DNA of 64,000 nucleotides from Callorhinchus milii (GCF_018977255.1 NW_024704743.1:63242001-63306000); one strand, 5' to 3'; numbered from the stretch's first letter, positions 50,901-64,000 are shown. The notes: a model not told the origin generated them from the sequence alone. Translations and numbers: made by a program.

Positions 50901-51540
50901 AACCACAGGAAGTGCCTGACCTCAGTTCATGAAGGAAGTAAGCATACATTCTCAGCGAACAGAAAGTGATATCAGAGATGCTGCCTGCTCATAGCGTGCA
51001 AGAAGTGAGGTCAGTGCCGTGATGTCCCAGAGTTTGGCTATTTCTTCACACTTCCTTTTGATGCAGGGATCTGAGCTCATGGACACATACCAGCATGGTA
51101 TAATGGGGTTATCCTGTTTGAGTTTGATAGAGCATTACCATCGGGGGACCAGTGCACTTTTATTTGGTTACATTTTTCTGTAAATTAAATATTCCATAAC
51201 TTATTTGTACATTCATCTAAAAGCAAATGATAAACTGCTTTACAGTTGCATAAATTATATTTAAACTAAATTATTGTGAAAAGGGAAAAATACTTAAAAC
51301 CTATATTTGACTAATACCCTTTTATCAACCTGATAATCTAGTCATGGAACTGCTCCCAGTCAGCAAAATAAGACTTGTTTTCCTCACTTATTGTTTCAAA
51401 CAGTCACTACTGAAATTGAAACACAAGAAACCTACTATGGAAACATCTTGTTTATCCACTTCCTCTCCAAACTCCTACTCTGGGTATTTTTAGGAATATT
51501 TGACAGCCACTTCCTTTACCATTTGTAAATGTTATCTTAC

Positions 51541-51707
51541 CTCTTTCACTGGCATCATCCACCAGAATGATCTCCTCTAGTAGTTGTCTCGGCGACCTGT
51601 TCATCACACTATGCACAGTGCGTAACAGGGTGCTCCATGCTTCGTTGTGAAAAACTATCACCACACTGGTCTTTGGCAGGGTTTCAGGATACAGTTTTGT
51701 TTTACAT
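51541..51707 (-). CDS. GALNT1: GALNT1 coding exon (first in window, 167 nt): [55 protein letters not shown]
   Basis: AG acceptor at 51709-51708 and GTAAG donor at 51540. GT27 catalytic-domain motifs [12 protein letters not shown] and LVDDAS. Colinear with vertebrate GALNT1. Confidence 0.96.
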
Positions 51708-52624
51708 CTAAAGGGAACAGAAATATACAAAGTAATGTGCAGAATATTTTTTTAAAATACTTATTATCGTCTTTTAGTTTTAAAATTAGCTTTAGCTATA
51801 TGTTTGTTTGTTTATATTTGTTTAAAATAAATGACAAAACTGCCAAATTATTCCATAAGCAAATAAAATACACACATACCCCAACCATGCATGGTCAAAT
51901 CCAGTTTCAGATGCATAAATAGTGATCAAATTTAGAGTGGAAATTATGTAAAAGACAGGAAACAAAAACAAAAAAAACTGTATGAAGACAGTACCTCAAA
52001 ACTATAATAAATCAACAATTACTAGGTAGAAAAAATTCCCCTTAGAGGTCTCCATCGGCCATTTTGTTTTATTCAGCTAATTTACAGAAAACCGTCAAGG
52101 TCAGGATTGTGTTTTTAAATCGCTATGGAATGTAACAAGAAGGGAAAACGAAGGGAGGCAAGAAACTTGATAAACCAGCGAAAGGAGATGAATTTGGACT
52201 TCAATGAAGCACACATGCAGGAACATGAAAGACAAATTAAGATCTGTTTTGAAATATTAAAAAAAATTCAATTTATGCAAAATGTCCTCTGAAGAGAAGA
52301 ATTACAAGAGATCATTTTGGAACTTTTCTATTAAAAGTTTCAAAATTCAAAAAGGTTGCCCCGGTTTTCTTTTTGATTATTATAAAAAAAACTGCAAAAC
52401 AAACAATTGCTAGGGTTTGTGTCCATATAGTTCTTGTTTAAATAAATTGAAAATAAAGGCTTTATACAGACTCTGCCACTGATACTTTGAAATACTAATA
52501 CTATAAGGCATACCAGGACATTCAGCTCATCAAGCTAGTTCTTTCCCAGACCACCAACACCTTACAGATTATACCAAAATCTTTCAGATTTTCAGATAAA
52601 AGCAGTAATGACATTCTGAACATC

Positions 52625-53860
52625 TGTGATCAGGGCTCCCTCTGCCTCCTTGTCCTCCTCGACCTCTCTGCCACCTTCGACACTGTCGACCACTCCATCC
52701 TCATACACTACCTCTCCGCTTTACTCAATCTTCACGGACCTGCCCTTGTCTGGTTCGATTCCTATCTCTCTCACCATCTCCACTTTGTTGCCTCTGATGG
52801 TTTCTCCTCCAGCCCCCGCACTGTCACGTCTGGGGTCCCCCAGGGCTCTGTCCTTGGCCCTCTCCTCTTTAATATCTATATGCTCCCCCTTGGTGACATC
52901 ATCCACAGACATGGGGTCAACTTCCTATATATGCGGATGACACCCAACTCTATCTTTCTGCCTCCACCCTCAACTCCAGGACCACTGCTGTCCTGACAGA
53001 CTGTCTGTCGGACATCAAGTCCTGGATGAGGGCAAATTTCTTAGTTGAATGTGAACAAGACTGAGGCCCTCCTGATTGGCTCACGTCAGCGCCTCAGCAC
53101 CTCAGGCTCTGGCAACATCAACCTCCATGGTTGACACTACAACTCACCAGCCAGTCAGGGACCTGGTGTCTTGTTCGACCCTCAACTGTCTTTTCTTCCC
53201 CACATCCAAGCCATGACCCGCTCTGCCTTCCCTCACCTCCGTAACATCGCCTGACTCCGCCACTACCTCTCCCCTCAGGCCGCTGAAACTCTTGTTCATG
53301 CCTTCATCACCTCCAGGCTCGACTATGCAAACGCCCTGCTTGTCGGCCTTCCCAACTCCTCCCTCCACAGGCTGCAGATAATCCAGAACTCTGCAGCCCG
53401 TGTCCTCTCCCGCACCAAACTCCGTGACACCATCTCCCCACTCTTCAGAGGATCCAGTTCAAGATCCCGGTTCTCACCTACAAAGCCCTCCATGGCCTCG
53501 CCCCACCCTACCTCTGCGACCTCCTAACCCCCTACCAACCCGCCCGCTCCCTCCGCTCAGCCGGCTCCGGCCTGCTCCACGTCCCCCGACCCACCCGCCC
53601 CACCATTGGCGGGAGAGCCTTCAGCCACTCTACCCCCAACCTCTGGAATTCCATCCCCCAATCATTCTGTCTCGCCCCCTCCTTAGCCTCCTTCAAGTCC
53701 CGCCTCAAGACCCTCCTCTTCGACCATGCCATCAGCCACTCCCCTTCTCCTCCCCTCCCTCCCTGACCCCAGTTCGGTTCTGAAATGCTGTACGCTGTCC
53801 AGCATCTTGGAACATCCTCCTGAAGTGAAAGGCGCTACACAAATGTAATCTTGTTGTTGT
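52625..53860 (+). mobile_element. 5'-truncated young L2 LINE (~1.2 kb)
   Basis: RT motifs LLVLLDLSATFDTVDH, GVPQGSVLGP and YADD. Frameshifts and a (TTG)n tail. Confidence 0.94.
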
Positions 53861-54136
53861 AACAGGATTATGCTATCCAAGCCCACCAAGCCTTTTCAAC
53901 TATTTTAATAGATCATGGTAGATCGTTCAATCCAATTTCCAAAACCGTTTCTTGATTTTCCTTAACCTCTTCCTTTTCAGGTAACTATTTTAATTTTAAA
54001 TATCACATTCTGCAAAAGTTCTACTAATTGCTCTCTACCAAACCAGAACCTTCCCCCTTTCTTTCAGACAGTTCTGACCAATTGCAACACTATACAACCA
54101 ATTGTACAAACCAAATCATCACTTTCTGTACTTGTG

Positions 54137-54346
54137 AAGTCCTGTAGTGCATTCGTTAGAGCACTCGCCTCGCAAGCGAGAGGACCCGGGGTTCGATTCC
54201 CCCGGCAGGGCAAAACGTTACAGTTGGCTGCTACGTTTCGCCCACAAAATATACAGTCAATTCACTTTACAGTATATTCTGTGAATTGCTTTGAGACGTC
54301 TCGAAGACGTGATAAGGCACTATATCAAATGCAAGGAATATCATTA
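54137..54346 (+). mobile_element. Internally deleted tRNA-derived SINE
   Basis: tRNA head joined almost directly to the 3' part of the core and the tail. Confidence 0.85.
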
Positions 54347-57300
54347 TCACTTTCCACTTTTAATTTTGGTTTTAATGATAGATAAAGCAATCTTAGCGTA
54401 AAAGGCACTGTTTATTTTTCTCGGGCCTCTGGCTGTACCCTTTTAATAAACCTCTTCACTGAATGCAATTAACAGCTGTAATTAACACAGAGGTTAATTA
54501 ACAGTTGGAAGAAGGTACCAGTAAAAGTGGCAGAGGCCAAGAGGCTAGACTCATTTTAGAAACAGTTGTAAAATGTTGTGAAGAAAAATGATATGGTTAG
54601 TTCCTGGAACAGTGAAACCAAATGGGCTGAAGGAGTTTCTTTATCCAAAAGTGGTCTTGTGATTATTCTTTAAACACAAATTGGAAACTTAGTGCCCATA
54701 CCAGGAAAAATTGCAAAAGTCAAGAAGTTTAGCAGAAAGTCTATGCTCACAACAAAAAGAAGTAAAGAAAATGTAGCTCCTTCAGATTAGTCTTGTTGTT
54801 CAAGATAATCTTGAGAAACTAGTACCAACCCAACCAACCTGTCCACTCCCTCCACTCAGCAGGCACTGGGCTACTTCATGTCCCTTGCCCTGCCAGCCTC
54901 ACCATCAGTGTTTGGGCTTTCAGCCTTTCTGCCCCCACTCTCTGGAACTCCATGCGGGAATCCTTTCACCTTGCCACTTCCCTCACCTCCTTCAAGGTCC
55001 ATCTCAAGACCGTCCTCTTTGACCCACGCAGCTTCTTCCCTTGGCTCCACCTCTCAATCCTACCCCCAGCTTGAATTCAAACCTTCAAGTGTCCAGCGTC
55101 TTGGGACGTCCTCCCAATGCTCTATAAATGCAATTTGTTGTTATGGTGATACCTCAGCCTAAAGTACCAATCACCTTACTTACTTATGTGTATTTCACAA
55201 AGAACTGAAGATAGCTACTGTGTCCTCCTCGCCAGCATTCTCTCTTTTAAATAACAAAAGAGCTTTTAATTTTCAGGAAACATTAAATATTGCTCACAAA
55301 AGACTGCATATGATTGCATGCAGTGGTGTGAACTACTTCAAGACGTCATCCCAGCTGTATAAATGTACATTGTTGTTGCATATCCAATAAACGATTCATT
55401 GCTTTATATCAAAAGCATCCAAACACCTGTTGACCAGGTAGCAGCCTTGAAATGATTTTTTACTGCTGCATTTAATCAGCTCATGAAGAAAGTTTTCAAT
55501 TTTGTACAGGGATAATTTTTCACAGTAAACGGTTCCAAAGATACATTATTCATCTTTAAAACCATTAAATAACAGGCACTGAGAAATTATAGTAGAATTA
55601 TGTAGTGCTGTAATATGTGATAATAAATAGGCCATTGTTTATATGCAGGAATTTCTGGTCAGTTAATAAAAGATTTTCCCAAATGCGTGAATCATTTTTT
55701 CCATTTAACGTTTAAAGTCCTTATGGTTGTAGGTCTTTCATTATGCAGAATAAAGCAAAACATTAATAACATGTCTTCAAATGCTGAAGATAATTAAAAT
55801 AGATTTTCCACCAGGTAGGAGACTTTAGCATTGTACTTCCCATATTACTTGCCCGAGTATTTTATATTTGAAATATTCCAACCTACAATTAACTTTTTTA
55901 AAGGATATGACAAATAAAGGAACCAACTGTTTTTCCCCCCTGGATAACTTTTTTTCCCAAAACACCAGAATTTGTATGCACAAAAATAGGATAAAACATT
56001 GTTCTTACTTCCTTTTCTGCAAGTTGGGTTACTTGTATACAGTAAATGTCCCTCTTGCTTATATTTAAACGTAATCCCTGCCCTTCTAATTCCCATTTGA
56101 TGTTTGTGCCTTAGCAGTCTTTAATCTTGTCAACATAAACAGTCACTATACATGACAATGATCTGATATAAGTTTGATAGAGGAAACACCCACATTTCGT
56201 ACTTCTCCCTCCTGTGTCAACAAAAATTGGGTCAAAACACATCAATTATGCAAACACAGCCTATTTTGTAAGGACTTAAACTCAATAGAAAAAATTCTGT
56301 CCAATACCCTCCTGGATAATTCTCCACTTCTGCCGAGGGCCAAAGACAACTATTACAGATTTCAACTGTGACTATTGATAGTACTCTGAAACTATGAAGT
56401 ATCCAGTTGCGTATAGTGAAGCAGACCTGCATTATAAGCGAGACAGCGCTTGATCAAAGGTCACACCGCATAGTGGAAAATTCTTATGCCTCAGTGCAAA
56501 ATTCGTCTTACGCCTCTTTCTTGCATAGATTTGAACTAGCTTGAATAGAGCCTGGGGTTTCCAAAATAAGTTAGCAATGCCATGAGCTATTGAAAAAGTG
56601 TATGATTGAGCTATTAAAACTGGCTAAATGAGTACTGGTTAAACGAGTAATAATCCTTGCATTTGATTTAGCGCTTTTCACGTCTTCTCGACGTCTCAAA
56701 GCACTTCACAAATAGACTGTAAAGTGAATTGACCGTATATTTGTGGGCGAAACAATGTAGCACCTTATCACATTCGTGAGACACCTCAAAACCTTTACCT
56801 CATCTTAAAACCAGAATATACTAGTAGAGAGAATTGACTATAAATTTGTAGGTAAATTTACAATAATTTTTAAATGTTCTGAAATTCTCGTGAAGTATGT
56901 AAAAGATCTTTCACAGATTTCTTGTGGAGACACAGAGATAAAAATCAGTCATTCATGGTTGTTTGTGGAACTTTGCTGTGTGTAAATTGGCTGTTGCATT
57001 TACCTACAAATATACATTTTACAGTTAAATTTTGTTAAGTACTTTGAGAAGTGATAAGACATTTTATCAAATGCAAGGATTTTTAATTATGTACAGGCAT
57101 CTGGAAATCTACTCAAACATCTGGACTCAAACACGTGGGAAATCTCCTTGAACACATTTTTCTAGTTCATATTATACAAAGGATTTCCACCATTCTACTT
57201 TAGATTGCAAAAGATTACACAATGTTGCCTACTCTGAACTGGGTTAATCTAACCTGGAGTGCAGATTATTTGAATGTAATTAATGACTTCTAGCTCACCT

Positions 57301-57885
57301 CACCATTTCTTGTGTGAGATACATCCATGTTCAATTGTAAGCAGGAAACATTTCCCATTTTGTACTTTTTCTGTTCACAATTCACCTGCTAAGTTGCCCC
57401 ACATACGAGGTTGTTGTTATCACCTAACCAAGCTCTGTGTCCTTAGAAGCCTTACAAATGTGCATAACCGTATTTTCGCGATATCTCGCCCCTTTCAACT
57501 CTGAGGCATATGTGGATAAATAGCACGTGAATGAATATCATTCTACTACATGCAGATCCTTCTTCATTTAGTAATTTGTTTCATTATTTACAACTTTTCC
57601 CAGTTCATCAGAAAATGTAGATAGTTTGGTTTCCAGCCCCACTTGGAGATCATTTGTGTAGTGTACAAAGCGTTAGCTTAACTCTGATCCTTGAGGCCCC
57701 CAGCGAGTTACTTCCTTCCATATTGATGCAGCCACAAGTACAATACACATTGCTTATTATTCTTCCAATTTCTGATCCACTTCAGAAGCTTCCCCCACTT
57801 CAACATGCCTTTCGATCTTTGCAGACCTATCTCCTGTGTGAGTGTCAAAAGCTTTCTTTTATGTACAATGTCCAAGATCGCCTTA

Positions 57886-58203
57886 TAATAATAATAATAA
57901 TAATCCTTGCATTTGATATAGCGCTTTTCACGTCGGGAGGACGTCCCAAAGCGCTTCACAGAACACACTGTAAAGTGAATTGACTGTATATTTGTGGGCG
58001 AACGCGGCAGCCAATTGCGCACAGCAATGTCCCACAAACAGTCGTAGATTGAAAATGACCAATTTATTATTGTTTTTGGTTTTGGAGGGATTATTATTAG
58101 GCGTGTGGAGTAAGGAAACTTGCCCAAGGTTTCGCCCTGCCTGGAATTGAACTCAGGTCTCTCACCTGCAAAGCGAGTGCTCTAACCACTGAGCTACAGG
58201 AGA
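57886..58203 (-). mobile_element. Full-length young tRNA-derived SINE
   Basis: CpGs retained, intact head, Deu core, stem-loop tail and (TTA)n. Confidence 0.93.
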
Positions 58204-59978
58204 TCCCATTATCTCTTCAAAGAGCTACAATAGAATTGTTTTACATGGTCTCTCTTCCATAAAGTTATGATTTTTTTGTCAGCCGGGTGTCTGACGCATG
58301 TGGAAACCCATCATCAGCAGGGTATCTAAACCAAACTGATTTCCATGCAATCCACCTACACATGGGAAATCCCAGAGATAGATTGTTAGAATGGAATACT
58401 CCCTGGGTATAAAGTTATCCTGACTTCTTATATTTCTATACGTTCTCTAGACTCTTCATTATTCTCTCCTCCAGAATACCTTCCAATGTTTCCCTAAACA
58501 GATGTCAAACTCACTAGCCTGTAGTTCACAAGGCTCCTGGAAAACAAGAAAAAAAAGCTTCCGATAATATCAATACGAGCTGCAAGAATTAGAATGCAAC
58601 ATAGAAGCGAATGATCAAATATTGGTGGATCCAAATATTGAACAAATTATAAACAATAGTTGCAAGTAGTCACCTGACTGAATAAAGACTATTAGAAAAA
58701 ATTAATCAAGAAATATACTGCATTGCTACTTGGCATTTTGTTACATCCAACTATTTTAAAGAATATTTATTAAAGAAAGCAATAGGAATTTGCAAAATGT
58801 GTATGTTTTGATTGTAGAATTGTCTTTCTTGTGCTAAAAGTATAGATCGGTGTGCACTTATGAAAATGGGTAGTGAAAGCCAATGCGTCATGAAAGCTGG
58901 ATGTGTTGACCAGCTGACTCCCTGCTCCACTGTATAATATTTACATTTATATCATGATTTTCACGTCAGGAGGCCGTGCATGCACTTAAATATATAAAAT
59001 GATGGTGAGCATATAAATAATTACAAAATTATTTGGTAAGATTGTATAATTCCACCTGTATGCTCAGCGTCATTTGGGAAGCTACCCTGTGTGAGGGGCA
59101 CTATATAAATGTAAATTGTTATTGTTCCATGTTTTTCTGGTTGCAGTGTTGATTACTATAGCAAAATAATTCTATAGTTTATAATCCTAAACACAATTCC
59201 TCAAAAAAAATGCTGTTAAAAAATAGCTTTAGTTTACTAAATTTCATTAAAATTGAACATCCTAATATTGAAGATTAAATCTCCAGTATTGTGAGCAAAT
59301 GATTAATACCATTATTAAATGATCCATCAGTATTCCTTTTATTAAATTAGAATACAAAATATTAATTCTCCCACGCAAAGCAAATCTAAAAATCTTATCA
59401 GGACACTATCTGCCTCAGTATTTTTCTAAGAGTACATCTATTTTCCTCTCTTAATAATCCAGAGAATGCATGCATGTCACACCATATTCATACACCAAAC
59501 ACCGCTTGGCCAGCAATTTAAATATTTTTAAAAGTTAAATTTTCTGTCCAGTGCAAATAGGAGAAACAGGCTCTGTGTTCTAAAGTGGGTCTCATTAGGT
59601 TGCAGCTACAGGAAACCATACACAGTACTGCTTGAAATTCTTTTTTTTAAATCTACTTGTTTTGATTCATAACTATGTGAAATTGAAAACAAAAATCTAT
59701 TGAATTCTTAACATAAAATCCCTAAGAAGCCATTTGGTGAAGAAATTAATTTGAAGGGATACATTGCAGTATCGTTATAGTGGACTTCTTTGTAGCACAA
59801 ATTTGGTTTGAACGCAGTTGCAATGTGGACCCCATTGACTGCACGATTGCAGCAAGCCTGCTCAGACTTTTTTGTAGCTTCCAATTGTTTACATAATTCT
59901 CAAAAGAAAGCATTTGATCAATGCAAAATAAAACTATCTTTCATGTTTTCTAAATGCATTCCTGCCCCCACCAGAATA

Positions 59979-60184
59979 TAATAATCTTTGCATTTGATAT
60001 AGTGATTTTTACGACTTCTAGACGTCTCAAAACACTTCACAGAATATACTGTAAAGTGAATTGACTGTATATTTGTGGGCAAAACGCAGCAGCCAATTGC
60101 GCACAGCAGTGTCCCACAAGCAGTTATGGATTGAAGCGACCAATTTTTTTTTCTTGAGCGATTATTATCAAGCGTGTGGAGTAA
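59979..60184 (-). mobile_element. 5'-truncated SINE
   Basis: Same family core and tail. Confidence 0.85.
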
Positions 60185-60721
60185 AATGGTAGTATGGCTA
60201 GGGTATTGCAATTAGATTTTGTTCTAAAACAGTAGTTTTTGTTTTAATTAGAGTGCTCCCATTGGTTTATTTTTTTGAAACCCACAAGGGTATAAAGCAG
60301 TGTTTCCATATTACTCCTCTGCAACATCCTGATGAATCTCCTCTACACTGAAGAGTAAATTACAACAACAACAAATTGCATTTATATATTGCCCTTCACA
60401 CATGGTAGTATCTTAACAGTGTTTACAGAGCTTTTAAACTTGTGATATCCTTAAGGAATAGTAGAGATGAATTTTCAGTTTCTATTGTATTAGAAAATTG
60501 GAAAAAAACAGTAGCCACGTACTCCCTAAGTAAAGCACTGAACCTCTAAATTCGTGAAACCTGTCACACGTCTGCACTAATTACAGGACCTCATATCTTT
60601 CTTTGTTGACTTTTTCAATAACGTTGTTATTTCACGAAATCTTCAAATACTCAATCTACCATAATCTTACAAAGAAATGCCACCAAGGCTTTTTGCGCTG
60701 TTCTAGGGAAGATCTTTTGCT

Positions 60722-61040
60722 ATTATAATAATAATAAATAATAATTCTTGCATTTGATAGCACTTTTCACGTCTTCTAGACGTCTCAAAGTGCTTCACAG
60801 AATATACTGTAAAGTGAGTTGACTGTGTATTTGTGGGCGAAAAACGGCAGTCAATTGCGCACAGCAGTGTTCCACAAACAGTCATGGATTGAGTGAACAA
60901 ATTATTGTTATTTTTTTCTTGAGGGATTATTATCAGGCGTATGGAGTAAGAAAACTTGCCCAGGTTTTGCCCCGCCAGGAATCAAACCCAGGTCTCTTGC
61001 TTGCGAGGCGAGTGTTCTAACCATTGAGCTACAGGACTCC
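60722..61040 (-). mobile_element. Full-length tRNA-derived SINE
   Basis: Reverse-complement counterpart of 7738-8048 and 44886-45195. Confidence 0.9.
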
Positions 61041-62339
61041 ACCTGTATTATTGTGCAGCTAAGTAGTTTCATTGTTTATTGACATTAATAACTCATACGG
61101 ACCCAGACTGTTGAATGAGGCTTTATAGGAAACAATCTGCAAACGGAACCTATAATGTAACACAGTGAAGCCCGGTTAGAAAGTAGTGTTTAGGAATGAT
61201 AAAATTCCAACCTGCACTATAGTAAGGCGAGGTTGTGGGTTTGACAGCACACACACAGCCAAGCCAAATAATTTTTGAACTACTGAAGCGGTTTAAGAAA
61301 GCCCATACAGTTTTTTATATTCTTTCAATAATAACTTGCATATATATATAGATCTATAAATATATATAGCGCCCTCCACTCCGAGCAGCATCCCAGAGCA
61401 CTTAACTATGGTGGAGCCCGATGCCGAGCCAGGAGGGGGAAGATGCCCCTAGTCATGGTCGAAGAGGAAGGTCTTCAGGCGTAACCTTGTACCAAATTTC
61501 TCCCCCAAGCAATAATTAGTATGAATATTGCTAGGAAACAGAGATTCCAGACTTGGTTAGGTTTTGTCTTACTCCATGTTTTTGTTGATTCCCAAAAGGA
61601 AACTATGAAGCAAGTCAAATAATCCATCATTTCTAGGACCTGCAGATCCAAATCGTGGCCATTAGGTAAATTAATATTCGGTGAGATAAGATTTAACCGT
61701 AAAAAAAACTTGGTGAGATGCATTCTGAATGATCAATGTAAAAAAAGCTCCATGGGGGCAGCTTCTATAGTGTAGTGGATAGAGCTGCAGTTTGCTGGTG
61801 ACAGTCAGGGGAGACTAAACTGGCCTTCCCAGGGTGATGGAGGGTAAGACCAGCCAGTGCTCCTGTTACTGGTCTTTCTACAGCACCCTCTACTGAAACT
61901 GTACACATGTGAGAAGTCAGGACAGATTGATCTATAGTTGAATGGCTTGCTGACACTCACTATCAGAGCTCATCAAACTTAGCTGGAGGCGGATAGAAAT
62001 GGAGCAGAGAATTAAATTAGCAAAAATTATAAAAATTGGACACTAAATTTATATTAAAAAAAAAAGTTCCTCTACTGTGCAAATGCTGCTCTAAGCTGGT
62101 GAGGGATTCATCAAAAGCCTATTCCTGGTATAGATTGAAATGACTGCCTTTTTGATAATACCAAATGATCAAATATCAGCACCTGGAACTCACTAACCCT
62201 GTTGAGGTGCCAAAGAGAGTAGTAAAGTGACAAAGAGAATGTTTTTAACTCTTTGAGTTTGGGATGGTTCTCAAGACATCCTAAAGTTGAGCAAGGCCTT
62301 CCTGATCTCAAGCCTTTACAGAAGGTCCCCTTCTTTCAT

Positions 62340-62700
62340 AACATAATACTTACACAGCAGCCTTTTTTCAAGTTGGAGGGATGGCTTAAAGCACTGCCAG
62401 CTAGGCACCTGAGATGAGGGTGGGGGACGAGGGGGTCGGGATGGGAAAAGATGACTGAAAGCGATCAGAGTCAGGTCTTGACATGTCTCGAAAAAGGGGA
62501 GGGAGGGAGGGAGCGAGTTGGAAGGAATGGAGCTCCAGAGAGTGGGAGCCAAATGGCGATGGTGGGGCGGATGGGTTGGGGGGGGGCATATGAAGAAAGA
62601 CAGTGTTTGCTGGGCAAAGGGACAGCTAGATCGGGAGATCTCAGAGATAGGGTGAGGAGGGCAATGAAAGCCATAGAGTAGTTTCTCACTCAGGAAAGAG
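62340..62700 (-). mobile_element. Old L2 3' fragment
   Basis: LAPTLWSSIP peptide and the purine-rich antisense L2 pattern. Confidence 0.65.
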
Positions 62701-62814
62701 GGAGCTTGCTTTGAGGAAATGGTAAGTCGTTCGGCATCTGCCTTCATTCCCCCCTTGGTGGCTGAGGGAGGCTCCGATCATTTGTCCTGACAGTTAACCA
62801 CAAACCGCTGCTCT

Positions 62815-63220
62815 CGCTTTCCTTCTCTCGCTCCCCCTGTTCCTCATGCTCTGTCTCAATCACTCTGTCTCCTCCCCTCTCTGTCAATCAATCTCTCTCC
62901 CTCTTCTTTCAATCACTCTCCCCTGTCTCATGCATCCTCTCTCTCTCAATTAAATATAATGTTAATCCTTGCATTTGATACAGCACCTTATCACGTCTTC
63001 GAGAAAACGCTTCACAGAATATATTGTAAAGTGAATTGATAATTGGTCTCTCTCGTATACGCACACTCTCTCCATCAAATGCAAGGATTATTATTATTAT
63101 CACTCTCTCAATCATTCGCTCCCCAGCTCTCAGCCACAATCACTCCCTCTCCCATTCTCTCTCTTTCTCTGTCCTCTCTCACTCACTCACACACACACTC
63201 TTTCTTTCCACCTCTCAATC
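62815..63220. repeat. CT/CA-rich low-complexity tract containing two oppositely oriented SINE tail fragments
   Basis: (CT)n/(CA)n runs, with tail pieces at ~62963-63040 (-) and ~63074-63100 (+). Confidence 0.75.
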
Positions 63221-63269
63221 AGCTGTGTGGCTCACTATCCCAGCAGCACACACAGGGTGGATTACTATC

Positions 63270-63471
63270 TGGCAGCGGGAGGAGCCGGTGGTTGTATGGA
63301 GATGCGCTTGCCTTCCCCTCAGCTCGGGAGGGACTTTGTAACCCACTGCAGCGCATTGAGTCGCACAGAGTGGTAATAATTCCGCCCATTACTGCAGTCT
63401 GTCAGAAAGCGCTTGCCGGGCTGAGGGGAAAGCAACTACGTCCTCCAACCTGCTGGTTCCTGCCGCTGCCA
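63270..63471. repeat. 202-nt GC-rich imperfect inverted repeat
   Basis: 63308-63327 vs 63416-63435 match 18/20. 63270-63278 vs 63463-63471 match 9/9. Inner ACTGCAG/CTGCAGT. Confidence 0.85.
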
Positions 63472-64000
63472 TGAGAAGACAGTTCGCGAGGAAGAGAGCT
63501 GTTGAGCCTGATTAAGTCATAGTCATTCCCCCTGGCTGGATTCGGCCCACGAGCCACCAATTGAACTACCCTGGTTAATGCAAATTATCTCTTCTGTTTT
63601 ACAGAGTTAGTCATTTTCTGTTGTAGGACCTTCTTGGAAATTTGCACAGAACTCCCTTGTTCCAAAGCTGTCTTGGGGTGGAAAGCAGTGGAGGCAGATT
63701 GTTCACGAGAGGCAGGCTTTTCACTAGCTTATACACAAGGCTTTAACAAAATGTAAAATAAATGTCATCAGTCTCCCTTTCCAGTACTAATCCAAAAGCA
63801 CAATCCCAATGTGGATTAGAATCTTTTCATGCAATTCTTTTCAAATACAATCAAACACATTCACAAATCAGTTTTAAGGATTACTTGTAGAATGATTAAC
63901 ATTTATGACTTTTATAAATAAAAATAAATCCCTGCCTTAACTTTCTATTGAAACAGTGCATCAGCCTAAGAACAGTAACATCTTTTATCTTTGTAGTCTC

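Noticed and set aside
50810..51042. Nested short inverted repeats
   Set aside because: The arms are short and not co-centred. Too weak to call without computation.
13323..51707. GALNT13 as an alternative identity
   Set aside because: [14 protein letters not shown] and the C-terminus RNVTLPDIF are GALNT1-type.
58130..58200. tRNA-Ala-like cloverleafs (also ~7740, ~44890, ~54140, ~60970) as tRNA genes
   Set aside because: They are SINE heads that continue into SINE core and tail, with variable anticodon arms.
51708..64000. Upstream GALNT1 exons (TM/stem, GEMGK..FNLMAS)
   Set aside because: Not found by eye. They probably lie beyond the window end.
1..64000. CRISPR arrays, operons, and the remaining short ORFs in the track as genes
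   Set aside because: The sequence is eukaryotic with no regular repeat-spacer array. The short ORFs are repeat-derived, antisense to exons, EVE fragments or random.

Overview
Vertebrate genomic DNA, AT-rich and repeat-dense. The repeat set (tRNA-headed Deu-domain SINEs, L2 and CR1 LINEs) points to a cartilaginous fish, probably a chimaera; this is inference. The minus strand carries the last nine coding exons of GALNT1 (polypeptide GalNAc-transferase 1, 51707 to 13323). All introns are GT-AG, the frame is intact (454 aa plus one split codon), and a ~2.2 kb 3' UTR follows. The first coding exons were not found and probably lie beyond 64000. The most notable observation is downstream of GALNT1 (~625-9770). 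Between repeat insertions there are about 25 colinear peptide matches to the L polymerase of a vesiculovirus-like rhabdovirus, running from the N-terminus through the RdRp, capping and methyltransferase regions to the C-terminal domain. I read this as a heavily decayed, nearly gene-length non-retroviral endogenous viral element with a ~1.6 kb internal inversion. The comparison was made by eye against VSV L recalled from memory and needs a real search. Other points are a duplicated structured 3' UTR motif, miR-30 and let-7 sites, several palindromes including a 202-nt GC-rich rod, and inverted L2/SINE pairs flanking exons. Repeat boundaries are approximate.
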